Shown in pieces: positions 1 through 9,649 of a DNA stretch of 64,000 bases. Under the pieces are notes generated by a model that searched no databases, was not told where the DNA came from, and saw nothing but the letters and a program-made list of their open reading frames with translations. The stretch comes from Chloroflexota bacterium (lineage in GTDB: Bacteria > Chloroflexota > UBA5177 > JANWHV01): NCBI GenBank assembly GCA_035534995.1, contig DATLQX010000150.1, forward strand, positions 9,459 through 73,458, written 5' to 3'. A program made the translations under genes and the position numbers. Numbering within the stretch: the first letter of the stretch is position 1; each line of letters starts with the position of its first letter.

Positions 1-680
1 TCAAGGAAGCGCGCCGGCTCCTGATTCAAGAAGAGTCCAACAAGTTGGTCGATTGGGATCAGGTGGTGGACAGCGCGATTGAGAAGGTCGAACAGGGGGC
101 GATCGTCTTTATCGATGAGATCGACAAGATCGTCAGCCGGGGTAACGAGATCGGGCCCGATGTGTCGGGTGAAGGAGTGCAGAGGGATCTGCTCCCGATC
201 GTCGAAGGATCGTCGGTCAGCACCCGGTATGGTCCGGTCAAAACCGATCATATTTTGTTCGTCGGGGCCGGGGCCTTTGGCCGGGTCAAGCCGTCCGACC
301 TCATTCCCGAGCTTCAGGGCCGGTTCCCGATCAGGGTCGAGCTGGACACGCTCACCTATGAAGACTTCGTAACGATCCTGACCCAGCCGAACAATGCCTT
401 GACCAAGCAATATCAGGCCCTTCTCAAGATGGAGAACGTAGAGTTGGAGTTCTCCGAGGACGGGCTCAAGGAAATGGCGCGGGTGGCGTGGGAGATGAAC
501 GAGAGGATGGAAAACATTGGCGCGCGCCGCCTCCATACGATCGTGGAGAAGGTTCTCGAGGATCTGAACTTCACCGCCAGCGAACGGAGCGGCGACACCG
601 TGGTGGTGGATAAAGCTTTCGTCCTCAAGGAGCTGGCGGCCATCGCCGCCAACCCCGATCTGAGCCGCTACATACTTTAG
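1..680 (+). CDS. hslU: ATP-dependent protease ATPase subunit HslU, C-terminal part (5' end outside window)
   Basis: The reading frame (codons from nt 3) is open to the window edge. It contains [12 protein letters not shown] (Walker B), [27 protein letters not shown] and [14 protein letters not shown], all typical HslU/ClpX-type AAA+ motifs. Confidence 0.9.
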   Translation, partial: KEARRLLIQEESNKLVDWDQVVDSAIEKVEQGAIVFIDEIDKIVSRGNEIGPDVSGEGVQRDLLPIVEGSSVSTRYGPVKTDHILFVGAGAFGRVKPSDLIPELQGRFPIRVELDTLTYEDFVTILTQPNNALTKQYQALLKMENVELEFSEDGLKEMARVAWEMNERMENIGARRLHTIVEKVLEDLNFTASERSGDTVVVDKAFVLKELAAIAANPDLSRYIL

Positions 681-883
681 GCTCCCAATCGGACTGATTG
701 GTCAGATCAGACCGATCGGTCCGATCCTCGGTTTGCCGTGCATTGGCCGGCGTGTTACCCTCTGTACTTGGCTCCAAGCCAAATACTCACACCGGTTGAT
801 CGTGCCCTGGTTGCCCCGCGCGGGGCGAGGGTTCCGAAGGGACGCCGGTGGAGGCCATAAACCATCCAGGAGGACATACAGGC

Positions 884-1747
884 ATGGCAGTAGCAAGCAT
901 GCGCCAACTTCTTGAGTCCGGCGTGCATTTTGGGCATCAGACCCGGCGCTGGAATCCCAAGATGCGCGAGTTTATCTTTACCGAGCGGAACGGCATTCAC
1001 ATTCTCGATCTCCAGCAGACCGTGCATCGGCTGCAAACGGCGTACGAGTATGCCCGTGACCTCGCCGAGGGCGGCCGCACGGTTCTCTTTGTCGGCACCA
1101 AGAAGCAGGCCCAGGAAGCGGTGGCCGAGGAAGCGCGTCGCTGCGGCATGTACTTCGTCAATCAGCGATGGTTGGGCGGAATGCTGACCAACTTTTCCAC
1201 CATCCAGCAACGGCTCCGGCGCTTGATGGACCTGGAGAATCAGGTCCGCAATGGCGATCTGGCCAAACGAACCAAGCGGGAGACCTTGCGTATTCAGGAA
1301 GAGATCACCAAGCTCAACCGGATTCTTGGCGGGGTGAAGGGGATGAATAGGCTCCCCGATGCCCTGTTCATTATCGACACCCATAAGGAGCGGCTAGCGA
1401 TTCAGGAAGCCACCCGGCTGGAGATTCCCGTAATTGCCCTCCTGGACACCAATAGCGACCCCGATGAGGTCCAGTATCCGATTCCAGCCAATGACGACGC
1501 CATCCGGGCGGTACGGCTGCTGACCAGCAAGATTGCCGACGCGATCATTGAAGGGAAGCAGGCCCGTGAGTCGGCCTTCGCCGATCTGGAGCCGAGCGCG
1601 GTCAGTGGCGAGGATCTGAGCTTCTCACCCACCCCGAACGAATACGACCAACCGGCCCCAGTGATCGTGGTCCCCGAGCAGCCGGTGGTCGCCGAGAGTG
1701 AGCTTGATCTGGCACCTCCGGCCGAGGAGCCGGTCGCCGCCGAGTAG
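884..1747 (+). CDS. rpsB: 30S ribosomal protein S2
   Basis: [27 protein letters not shown]... is the S2 signature. AGGAGG lies about 10 nt upstream of ATG 884, so the ORF-track start at 848 (GTG) is less likely. The protein has an acidic, Pro-rich C-terminal tail. Confidence 0.95.
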   Translation: MAVASMRQLLESGVHFGHQTRRWNPKMREFIFTERNGIHILDLQQTVHRLQTAYEYARDLAEGGRTVLFVGTKKQAQEAVAEEARRCGMYFVNQRWLGGMLTNFSTIQQRLRRLMDLENQVRNGDLAKRTKRETLRIQEEITKLNRILGGVKGMNRLPDALFIIDTHKERLAIQEATRLEIPVIALLDTNSDPDEVQYPIPANDDAIRAVRLLTSKIADAIIEGKQARESAFADLEPSAVSGEDLSFSPTPNEYDQPAPVIVVPEQPVVAESELDLAPPAEEPVAAE

Positions 1748-1847
1748 GAGGATACGCCGGAGGCGAGGATGACCTACCGCGTCACCTAGGAAAGAGTGGC
1801 GGGTGGTTGCGTGCCGCCCGCCGTTCAGCACGAAGGAGAGAGAGTCA

Positions 1848-2438
1848 ATGGAGATCAGTGCGCAGCTCGTGAAGGAACTGCGCGAGCGCACCGGCGCCGG
1901 GATTATGGATTGCCGGAAGGCGCTTGTCGAGAGTGAGGGGAGCATCGCCAGAGCGGAGGCCCTGCTCAGGGAAAAGGGGATGCGAGGCCCCAAGGATCCG
2001 ACCCGCGAAACCAACCAGGGCCTGGTAGAGTTTTATCGCCATGCCAACGGACAATTGGGCGCGATAGTGGAGCTTCTCTGCGAGACCGACTTCGTATCCC
2101 GCACGGAGGACTTCGGCAATCTGGCCCGTGAAATTGCCTTGCATATCGCCGCCGCGAACCCCCTCTACCGTGAACAGTCGGCCATTCCCGCGGACGTGGT
2201 AGCGCGCGAGCGCGCGGCAATCGCCGAACAGTTGCGCCTCACCGGAACCACCGAGGCGGACATCGAGACCGAGCTACCGGGCCGAGTCGAGAACTGGGTG
2301 AAGGAAGTGGCCCTGCTCGATCAGCCATATGTCCGCGATCCGAAACGGTCGATTCGCCAGTTGATCCTCGAGGTTGGGGCGAAAACTGGCGAGAACGTCC
2401 GGGTGGGCCGTTTCGCGCGATTCAAGATTGGGGAGTAA
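1848..2438 (+). CDS. tsf: Elongation factor Ts (short form)
   Basis: [26 protein letters not shown] is the EF-Ts N-terminal UBA-like signature. GAAGGAGAG lies upstream of ATG 1848. The gene sits in the conserved position after rpsB. Confidence 0.93.
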   Translation: MEISAQLVKELRERTGAGIMDCRKALVESEGSIARAEALLREKGMRGPKDPTRETNQGLVEFYRHANGQLGAIVELLCETDFVSRTEDFGNLAREIALHIAAANPLYREQSAIPADVVARERAAIAEQLRLTGTTEADIETELPGRVENWVKEVALLDQPYVRDPKRSIRQLILEVGAKTGENVRVGRFARFKIGE

Positions 2439-2445
2439 ACAATCC

Positions 2446-3174
2446 ATGTACCATCGCGTGCTGCTGAAGCTGAGTGGGGAAGCACTGGTTGGCGAGGCCG
2501 GCTATGGGATCGATCCGGCGGTGGTGCAACGAATCGCGATCCAGGTGGCGCGCGTGCGCGAATTGAACGTGGAAATGGCGATCGTGGTCGGCGGCGGCAA
2601 TATCTTCCGCGGCCTTTCGGCCAGTACGGCCGGGATGGATCGCGCGACCGCCGACTATATGGGGATGCTGGCCACCGTGCTTAACGCACTCGCGCTCAAA
2701 GACGCTCTGGAACGGAACCATGTGGACACCAGAGTTCAGACGGCGATCGCCATGGACGCGGTCGCCGAGCCTTTTATCCGGGGACGAGCGATGCGCCATC
2801 TGGAGAAGGGACGGGTGGTTATCCTGGCCGCCGGAACCGGCAATCCTTACTTCACCACCGACACGGCGGCGGCGCTCCGGGCCATCGAGCTTAAATGCGA
2901 AGTGCTGCTCAAGGCGACCCGCGTTGACGGCATCTATACCGCCGATCCAGAAACCGACGGCAGCGCCCGGCGCTACGAACGGCTCGACTACTACACCGCC
3001 CTGGGTAACGAGCTGAAGGTGATGGACGGCACCGCGTTCGCCCTCTGCAAGGAGAACAACCTACCGATCATCGTGTTTAACCTCGAAGGTCCAGACAATA
3101 TCGAGCGAGCGGTGCGAGGACACGAAGTGGGGACGCTGGTGGCGGCGGGCGAGCGGCCCGGCCTGGTAGGCTAG
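2446..3174 (+). CDS. pyrH: UMP kinase
   Basis: [23 protein letters not shown] and [17 protein letters not shown] are classic PyrH motifs. GGGGAG lies upstream of ATG 2446. Confidence 0.95.
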   Translation: MYHRVLLKLSGEALVGEAGYGIDPAVVQRIAIQVARVRELNVEMAIVVGGGNIFRGLSASTAGMDRATADYMGMLATVLNALALKDALERNHVDTRVQTAIAMDAVAEPFIRGRAMRHLEKGRVVILAAGTGNPYFTTDTAAALRAIELKCEVLLKATRVDGIYTADPETDGSARRYERLDYYTALGNELKVMDGTAFALCKENNLPIIVFNLEGPDNIERAVRGHEVGTLVAAGERPGLVG

Positions 3175-3205
3175 CGGGAGCACCGAGAGCGAGAGGAGCA
3201 CGACG

Positions 3206-3763
3206 ATGACCCAGGAACTACTTGACGATGGCGAGCGCCGCATGCAAAAAGCGATCGAGGCGTTGGTACACGATATGGCGACCGTCCGAACCGGCCGCGC
3301 GTCCCCCGCCCTGGTGGAGGGCGTGGTGGTCGAGTACTACGGCAGTCCGACCCCGCTCAACCAGCTCGCTTCGGTCAGCGCCGCCGATGCCCGATCCCTG
3401 GTGATCGCCCCGTTCGACCGGTCGGCCATCAATGACATTGACAAGGCGATCCGGAAGGCCGATCTGGGGTTCAATCCCACCAATGACGGAACGAATCTCC
3501 GCGTGGTCGTGCCGCCGCTGACCGAGGATCGCCGGCGTGAGATGGTGAAGATGCTCCACAAAAAGCTGGAGGAACACAAGGTCGCGGTTCGAAACGTGCG
3601 GCGCGAGGTCCATGACAAGCTCAAGGGCTTGGAGAAAGACAAAAGCGCCACGACCGATGAGGTTCGACGGGCTACCGAGCGCCTCCAAAAACTGACCGAT
3701 CGCAATATCCAGGAAATGGAAAGCTTGGGCGGGGCCAAGGAAGCCGAGATTCTCGCGGTCTAG
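3206..3763 (+). CDS. frr: Ribosome recycling factor
   Basis: The 185-aa product has the RTGRASPALVEGVVVEYYG and PPLTEDRRREMVK motifs. Synteny is pyrH-frr. Confidence 0.95.
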   Translation: MTQELLDDGERRMQKAIEALVHDMATVRTGRASPALVEGVVVEYYGSPTPLNQLASVSAADARSLVIAPFDRSAINDIDKAIRKADLGFNPTNDGTNLRVVVPPLTEDRRREMVKMLHKKLEEHKVAVRNVRREVHDKLKGLEKDKSATTDEVRRATERLQKLTDRNIQEMESLGGAKEAEILAV

Positions 3764-3798
3764 CACCTTACTCCCCAACTGAAGGCGGAAAAGATAGC

Positions 3799-4536
3799 GT
3801 GAGCGCCCCTCGACCGGCCGAGATCGCGGGAAAACCTACCACGGCCACCAGTGGCGTGCCCCGACATGTGGCGATCATCATGGACGGGAATGGGCGCTGG
3901 GCCCAGAGCCGCCACCGTCCGCGTCTGGAAGGTCATCGCCAGGGAGTGGACAATATCCAGCGGATCGTCCCCACCGCCATCGACCTGGGGATCGAGGTGC
4001 TTACCCTCTTCGCATTTTCCACCGAGAACTGGGGCCGCCCCACGGACGAGGTAAGCGGCCTCATGCGCCTGTTTACCTTGATCAGCCGGCGTGAAACCGC
4101 GAACCTGCACCGACAAGGGGTCCGGGTGGCGCACATCGGCTCTTTCGATGGGGTAAACAAGCTGCTGGCCCAGGCCATCCAGGATGCGGTAGCCCTGACC
4201 CGGAACAACACGCGCCTTCATCTGAATATCGCCTTCAACTACGGAGGGCGCGACGAGATCACGCGGGCGGTACGCTGCATCGTGGCCGAGGGCGTGGCGC
4301 CCGAGGAGGTGACGGAAGGACTGATCGACCGCTACCTCTCGACCGCCGGCTTGCCGGACCCTGACCTGATCCTTCGCACGGCGGGCGAGATGCGCCTCTC
4401 CAATTTCCTGATCTGGCAGGCGGCCTACAGTGAATACTACGCCAGCCCGAAACTCTGGCCGGATTTCGGGCCCGAGGATCTCCGGAAGGCCGTGGAGTCG
4501 TACGCCGGACGGCATCGCAAGTATGGCAAGCTGTAA
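3799..4536 (+). CDS. uppS: Isoprenyl transferase (undecaprenyl diphosphate synthase family)
   Basis: HVAIIMDGNGRWA, FAFSTENWGRP and RTAGEMRLSNFLIWQAAYSE are present. The start codon is GTG. Synteny is frr-uppS-cdsA. Confidence 0.93.
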   Translation: MSAPRPAEIAGKPTTATSGVPRHVAIIMDGNGRWAQSRHRPRLEGHRQGVDNIQRIVPTAIDLGIEVLTLFAFSTENWGRPTDEVSGLMRLFTLISRRETANLHRQGVRVAHIGSFDGVNKLLAQAIQDAVALTRNNTRLHLNIAFNYGGRDEITRAVRCIVAEGVAPEEVTEGLIDRYLSTAGLPDPDLILRTAGEMRLSNFLIWQAAYSEYYASPKLWPDFGPEDLRKAVESYAGRHRKYGKL

Positions 4537-4542
4537 TCGCCC

Positions 4543-5349
4543 ATGAAGGCGCGGGTGCTCAGCGCCCTGGTTCTCGCCCCAGTGATGATCGCACTGACCA
4601 TTCTGGGCGGGTTGCCCTATTTGCTGGGGATCGCGGTGATGTGCGGGGTAGGAGTCTGGGAAGCGACCGAACTTTTCACGAACTTCGGGGACGTGTCCGC
4701 GGACCCGGCTTGGCGCTACCTCGCGGTGGCGGCCTCGGTGATTGTGCTGGCTGGGGTCCAACTGGGATTCGACCACCAATATGTGGCCCAGGTAATCGCG
4801 GCCCTGGTCCTGGTGGCCAGCCTGGGAATGCTCCTGGCCGGCGGCCCACCGGCCCGACGGTTCCTGGCCTGGGCCATAGCCGCCGCGTCGATCCTCTACG
4901 TCGTCGGATTGGGATCTCACTTCCTCCTCCTCCGCGCGACTCGCCAAGGCTTGAGCTGGACCATTCTGGCCTGCGCCGTAACGTGGAGCACCGACACCGG
5001 CGCCTTCTTCGTGGGCCGCCAATTTGGACACACGGGCTTCTTCGCGGCGATTAGCGCCAAGAAAACCGCCGAGGGCGCGGCGGGCGGCCTGGCGGCCGGG
5101 ATCGTAGCCGCGATTGTCGTCGCGGCGGTGGCCGGCCTGCGCGTCCCCTGGGCCGTTATACCCTTCATCGGATTGAGCGTGAGTGCCGTGGCGCAGGGTG
5201 GCGATTTGGTGGAATCTCTCCTGAAACGGGAGGCGGGCGTGAAGGACTCCGGCACGATCATTCCGGGGCACGGCGGGGCGCTGGATCGCATTGACAGTTT
5301 GCTGTTCGCGGTAACGCTGACCTTCTACTGGCGGTTGCTCTTCCCATGA
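4543..5349 (+). CDS. cdsA: Phosphatidate cytidylyltransferase
   Basis: Polytopic membrane protein with the C-terminal signature SLLKREAGVKDSGTIIPGHGGALDRIDS. It sits between uppS and dxr. Confidence 0.87.
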   Translation: MKARVLSALVLAPVMIALTILGGLPYLLGIAVMCGVGVWEATELFTNFGDVSADPAWRYLAVAASVIVLAGVQLGFDHQYVAQVIAALVLVASLGMLLAGGPPARRFLAWAIAAASILYVVGLGSHFLLLRATRQGLSWTILACAVTWSTDTGAFFVGRQFGHTGFFAAISAKKTAEGAAGGLAAGIVAAIVVAAVAGLRVPWAVIPFIGLSVSAVAQGGDLVESLLKREAGVKDSGTIIPGHGGALDRIDSLLFAVTLTFYWRLLFP

Positions 5350-6485
5350 AACGCATCGTGATTTTGGGCAGTACTGGCTCCGTGGGGGAGCAGACCCTTG
5401 ACGTGGTGCGTCGCTTCCCCGACCGCTTGCAGGTGATCGGGTTGGCCGCCCGGCGTCAGGAGCGCCTGGCGGAACAAGCGGCGGAGTTCTCGATCCCCCA
5501 GGTGGTGATCGGCGATGGGGGTGAGCCCTCGGTCGCCTTCCCGGACGGAGTTGTGATCGGACGCGGCGCCGAGGCAATGGAGGCGCTGGCGTGCCATCCC
5601 GGGGCCGACCTCGTGGTGGTGGCGACCGTGGGGCGAGCGGGCCTCCTGGCCACCCTGGCAGCCCTCCGAGGAGGAAAGCGGGTGGGTCTCGCCAACAAGG
5701 AAGTGCTGGTAATGGCGGGTGAATTAGTCACCGGGACAGCGGCACGGCACGGGGGCGAACTGATCCCGGTGGACAGCGAGCATAGCGCGCTCTGGCAATG
5801 TCTGGTGGGCGAGGATCCGGCGACGATCAGGGAATTGGTCCTTACCGCTTCGGGCGGGGCGCTGCGCCACCGGCCGCTCGATACCCTGCACCTGGTCACT
5901 CCCGAGGAAGCGCTCCGCCATCCGACCTGGAAAATGGGCCCTAAGGTGACGATCGATTCGGCCACCTTGATGAATAAGGGCCTGGAGGTTATCGAGGCCC
6001 GCTGGCTTTTTGGCGTACCGTACGAGCGCATTCGCGTGGTCATGCATCCAACCAGCGTGGTGCATTCGCTGGTTCAGTTCGTGGATGGATCGATCAAGGC
6101 GCAAATGGGAGCCACCGACATGCGATTGCCGATCCAATATGCCCTGAGCTATCCGGAACGTTGGGAGGAGCCGGAACTTCAGGTAGACATAACAAAACTG
6201 GGCGATCTGCAATTCCTGGAGCCGAATTGGGACCGCTACCCGTGCCTGAGCCTGGCCATCGAGGCGGGGCGGCGGGGCGGCACCTATCCCGCGGCCCTGT
6301 GCGGAGCCGACGAAGTCGCGGTGGAACTTTTCAGTACCGGAGCCATCCCGTTGACCGCTATCGCCCCGCTCATCGAGTCGGTGCTGGAGACCCACAAATC
6401 CGAGCCAGAGCCCGATCTGGCCGCGATCCTGGCCGCCGACGAGGAAGGACGCCGGCGATGCGTCGAGCGGGCGCGCAGGCTCTAG
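5346..6485 (+). CDS. dxr: 1-deoxy-D-xylulose 5-phosphate reductoisomerase
   Basis: ILGSTGSVGEQTLDV, LANKEVLVMAG, PVDSEHSALWQCL and ATLMNKGLEVIEA are present. The start forms an ATGA overlap with the cdsA stop. Confidence 0.95.
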   Translation: MKRIVILGSTGSVGEQTLDVVRRFPDRLQVIGLAARRQERLAEQAAEFSIPQVVIGDGGEPSVAFPDGVVIGRGAEAMEALACHPGADLVVVATVGRAGLLATLAALRGGKRVGLANKEVLVMAGELVTGTAARHGGELIPVDSEHSALWQCLVGEDPATIRELVLTASGGALRHRPLDTLHLVTPEEALRHPTWKMGPKVTIDSATLMNKGLEVIEARWLFGVPYERIRVVMHPTSVVHSLVQFVDGSIKAQMGATDMRLPIQYALSYPERWEEPELQVDITKLGDLQFLEPNWDRYPCLSLAIEAGRRGGTYPAALCGADEVAVELFSTGAIPLTAIAPLIESVLETHKSEPEPDLAAILAADEEGRRRCVERARRL

Positions 6486-6577
6486 GCACGGCCTCGTTGG
6501 CATCGTGAGTTTGCTGCCCTGATATGCTCATAGAGCGGGTATGCCGCCTCGAACCTACTTGGAGCGCCAGGAATTTC

Positions 6578-7612
6578 ATGTACGCGCTTGTCTCCATCCT
6601 TTCCTTCATTCTCCTGCTTTTGGTTCTGGTGGGGATCCACGAGATGGGCCATTTTCTGTCCGCCCGCGCCTTTGGCATTCGAGTCTCCGAGTTCGGCTTC
6701 GGCTTCCCGCCCCGCTTATGGAGCCGGCGACGGGGCGACACCCTCTACAGCATCAACGCCATTCCCCTGGGTGGCTTCGTCCGCATGGAGGGCGAGAACG
6801 GCGATGATCTGGGGCCTGGCAGTTTCGGCGGGAAGCCTGCCTGGCAGCGGGCGATCGTCTTGGTGGCCGGCGCGGCCATGAACTTCGTGAGCGCCTTACT
6901 GCTCTTCTTCCTGGTCTACACCATCGCGCCCATTCCCCAAGATGTACCGGTGGTGGCCATGGTGCAGCCTCATTCGCCGGCCGCCGCCGCGTTGCATGTG
7001 GGTGATCGGATCACCGCGATCAACGGAGTCTCGGTGCCCACCCAGACCGACGCCGAGGATCAAATCGCCTGCACCCTGGGCAAGCCGACCATGCTCACGA
7101 TCGACCGGCACGGCGCGACCATCAAGCGAACGGTCATCCCCAGGGTTCATCCAGCACCTAACCAGGGACATATCGGGTTCCTGGGCAGCATTGTCTACAC
7201 GGGGACTGACGGCTGGAGCGCGCTCAAAAACACGCTGGGCCAGCCGGGAGTATTCGTCCAGTCAGTAGTGCACCAGTTCACGGCCCATCGTTGTTCCAGC
7301 GTAGGAGTTACCGGCCCCGTGGGGATCGCGCGGGTCACCGGTAGCGCCGCGAACGCCGTGCCGACCCTTGGGGCCGGTCCAGTGCTGTACATCGCGGCCC
7401 TGGTGAGCCTGAATCTTGCCTTCGTGAACCTGCTGCCGATTCCGGCCCTCGATGGCGGCCGGCTCCTGTTCGTACTGATCGGGGTGGTGCGACGGAGACG
7501 GGTAAGCCCCCTCCGCGAAGGGATGGCGCACCTGATTGGCATGGCGCTCCTCCTGACCCTGGTCCTGGTCGTGAGCGCGCATGACATTGGCCAGTGGCTT
7601 GGGGGAAACTAG
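6578..7612 (+). CDS. rseP: RIP metalloprotease RseP/M50 family (site-2 protease with PDZ domain)
   Basis: MYALVSILSFILLLLVLVGIHEMGHFL contains the HExxH motif in TM1. A central PDZ-like segment and the C-terminal NLLPIPALDGG motif are present. ATG 6578 is preferred over 6524. Confidence 0.85.
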   Translation: MYALVSILSFILLLLVLVGIHEMGHFLSARAFGIRVSEFGFGFPPRLWSRRRGDTLYSINAIPLGGFVRMEGENGDDLGPGSFGGKPAWQRAIVLVAGAAMNFVSALLLFFLVYTIAPIPQDVPVVAMVQPHSPAAAALHVGDRITAINGVSVPTQTDAEDQIACTLGKPTMLTIDRHGATIKRTVIPRVHPAPNQGHIGFLGSIVYTGTDGWSALKNTLGQPGVFVQSVVHQFTAHRCSSVGVTGPVGIARVTGSAANAVPTLGAGPVLYIAALVSLNLAFVNLLPIPALDGGRLLFVLIGVVRRRRVSPLREGMAHLIGMALLLTLVLVVSAHDIGQWLGGN

Positions 7613-7635
7613 CCTCCCCGAGGGAGGGAGTAACC

Positions 7636-8439
7636 ATGATCATTCGGAGAGTGGACGGAGAACTGGTGATCGCCAGACAAACCGATCACATGGCCCAGGT
7701 GGCACGGATGGCGGAGCGCTGGGGCAACACCCGCTTTCCCGCGCCGGAACATCGCGAGGAAACGATCCGGGCCGCCGGTCTGCATGATTGTGGCTGGCGG
7801 CTATGGGAAGATGCCCCTACCTTGTTCCCCGAAACCGGGCGACCACGTAACTTCACCGAGATAGAGCGTCCCATCCATGCCGCCTTCTATCGCGCGGGAG
7901 TGGAGAGCGCGGTGGGGGTAGACCCATACACCGGGCTTTTGGCTAGTCTCCACGCCAGCGTGCTCTGCGCGGGGGTCGAGGGTTGGGATCTTGAGTTGCT
8001 CACCCCGCCGGAAAACCCGGATCGGACCGCCATCGAGCGAGAGTTTATCGAGCAGCAGACGAGCCTGCAAGGCCGATTGCGATCCATGTTGGCCCTTGAA
8101 GCCCGCTATGCGGCTTCCATGGCTCCTGACCGGCTCTGGCCGGCCTATTTGCGCCTCAGAGCCTGGGATCGGCTCTCACTCTACTTCCTATCTCGGGGTC
8201 TCGGTGAGGGCGAGATCGATCACATCCCCGAAAACGACGGTGAAACCACTCTCGTTTTGCGGCAAACTGGTCAACGTTCGGCCATCGCCACGCCGTGGCC
8301 TTTCGGCCTCCCGGAGGTAACCTTTCCCGTCGTGGTCGCCCGCGTGCCGGATCGCCGGTACGAGGATGGGATGGAGTTTCTTTCTACTCTGGTACACGCC
8401 CAGCATGAGGTCTGGGACTACTCGCTGGCTCAGGGCTAA
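7636..8439 (+). CDS. DUF3891-like protein (putative metal-dependent HD-like fold), function unknown
   Basis: MIIRR...IARQTDHMAQVARMAERWGN...AAGLHDCGW matches my memory of the DUF3891 pattern (xDH...WGN...HDxGW). GAGGGAGGGAG lies upstream of ATG 7636. The start is 23 nt after the rseP stop. Confidence 0.6.
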   Translation: MIIRRVDGELVIARQTDHMAQVARMAERWGNTRFPAPEHREETIRAAGLHDCGWRLWEDAPTLFPETGRPRNFTEIERPIHAAFYRAGVESAVGVDPYTGLLASLHASVLCAGVEGWDLELLTPPENPDRTAIEREFIEQQTSLQGRLRSMLALEARYAASMAPDRLWPAYLRLRAWDRLSLYFLSRGLGEGEIDHIPENDGETTLVLRQTGQRSAIATPWPFGLPEVTFPVVVARVPDRRYEDGMEFLSTLVHAQHEVWDYSLAQG

Positions 8440-8444
8440 GCGCC

Positions 8445-9224
8445 ATGCTGAGAACCGTGCTGGCCACCCGCTACGTGACGCCCCTACGCGAGGGCGGATC
8501 GCTGCCGGCGATCATCGAGGCGGACGACGATGGCACCTACGTCCTCAAGTTCCGTGGGGCGGGCCAGGGTCAACGGGCCCTGATCGCCGAGCTGGTGGCG
8601 GGCGAGATCGGGCGGGCTCTTGGGCTGCTGGTCCCCGAGATAGTGCTGGTAGAGCTGGATCCGGTGCTGGCGCGCTCGGAACCTGATCCCGAGATCCAAG
8701 CCCTGATCGAGGCCAGCGGCGGCTTGAACCTGGCCCTTGATTACTTACCGGGATCGATTGGCTTCGATCCCCTGCTCGCCCCGCCCCCGGATCCTGATCT
8801 GGCGGCGGCGGTAGTCTGGTTTGATGCCTACGTGACCAACGTGGACCGCACGATCAAGAACCCGAATCTCCTGCTGTGGCACACGAAGGTGTGGCTCATC
8901 GATCACGGGGCCAGCCTGTTCTTTCATCACAGTTGGGATAACTACCTTCAACGCAGCCGCGCCCCATTCCCCAGAATCAAGGATCATGTACTGCTGCCCA
9001 CCGCCGCGAGTATCGAGAAGGTCGATGCTCACCTGGCGCGCCTGCTTCCGCGCGAGAAGCTAGAGGAGATCGTGGCCGCTATTCCCGAGACTTGGTTGGG
9101 TGACGAGCCGCTGTTTGCCGGCATTGGCGAGCATCGCGATGCGTACCTGACTTACCTGGTAGGCAGACTGGACGCGCCGCGCGCGTTCGCGGAGGATGCG
9201 GAACATGCGCGCGAACAACTTTGA
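8445..9224 (+). CDS. HipA-like serine/threonine kinase family protein (short, single-domain)
   Basis: A Gly-rich segment YVLKFRGAGQGQRALIAELVAGEIG, a catalytic-loop-like DAYVTNVDRTIKNPNLLLW and a Mg-loop-like WLIDHGASL resemble the HipA_C / PI3-4-kinase fold. No HipB-like HTH gene is adjacent. Confidence 0.6.
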   Translation: MLRTVLATRYVTPLREGGSLPAIIEADDDGTYVLKFRGAGQGQRALIAELVAGEIGRALGLLVPEIVLVELDPVLARSEPDPEIQALIEASGGLNLALDYLPGSIGFDPLLAPPPDPDLAAAVVWFDAYVTNVDRTIKNPNLLLWHTKVWLIDHGASLFFHHSWDNYLQRSRAPFPRIKDHVLLPTAASIEKVDAHLARLLPREKLEEIVAAIPETWLGDEPLFAGIGEHRDAYLTYLVGRLDAPRAFAEDAEHAREQL

Positions 9225-9594
9225 CTACGCGGTCATTCGCGTCATACCGCGGGTGGACCGAGGGGAGTTCTTGAACGCGGGCGTGATCCTGTTCTGCCGA
9301 CCCCAACGGTTCCTGGCGGCGGTGGTAGAACTGGACGAAGCCCGGCTGGCCGCGCTCGCGCCCGGTGCCGACCTGGTGGAAATACAGCGGCACCTCGACC
9401 TGATCCCGGCGATCTGTCGTGGAGGGGCCGGTTCCGGTCCAATCGGTGCCCTGAGCCAGGCTGAGCGCTTTCACTGGCTCGTCTCACCGCGCAGCAGCGT
9501 AATCCAGACCTCGCCGGTGCACTGTGGCCTGGCGGACGACCTGGAGGCGGCGTTGCGAGATGTGGTGGCCCGGCTGGTGGTGGTCGGTGCATAG
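9196..9594 (+). CDS. DUF3037-like protein, function unknown
   Basis: NFDYAVIRVIPRVDRGEFLNAGVILFC and ERFHWLVSPRSSVIQTS match my memory of DUF3037. The start is ATG 9196 or 9205, overlapping the kinase gene by 29 or 20 nt, which suggests translational coupling. Confidence 0.6.
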   Translation: MRNMRANNFDYAVIRVIPRVDRGEFLNAGVILFCRPQRFLAAVVELDEARLAALAPGADLVEIQRHLDLIPAICRGGAGSGPIGALSQAERFHWLVSPRSSVIQTSPVHCGLADDLEAALRDVVARLVVVGA

Positions 9595-9596
9595 GG

Positions 9597-9633
9597 AGCG
9601 GAGGTGCCCGTGAACTCCGCGGGCGCCTCCGCT
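9597..9633. terminator. GC-rich hairpin between convergent genes (candidate bidirectional terminator)
   Basis: AGCGGAGGTGCCCG (9597-9610) pairs with CGGGCGCCTCCGCT (9620-9633). That gives 13 Watson-Crick pairs plus one G-U, with a 9-nt loop. It begins 3 nt after the DUF3037-like stop and ends 17 nt before the stop of the convergent gene. There is no U-tract. Confidence 0.5.
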
Positions 9634-9649
9634 GCTCTGGCCGCGCCTC

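Noticed and set aside
3760-5577. 605-aa ORF on the minus strand opposite uppS and cdsA
   Set aside because: It is Arg/Pro/Gly-rich and low in complexity, with no motifs. It lies entirely antisense to two well-supported genes. This is a typical stop-codon-poor antisense frame in GC-rich DNA.
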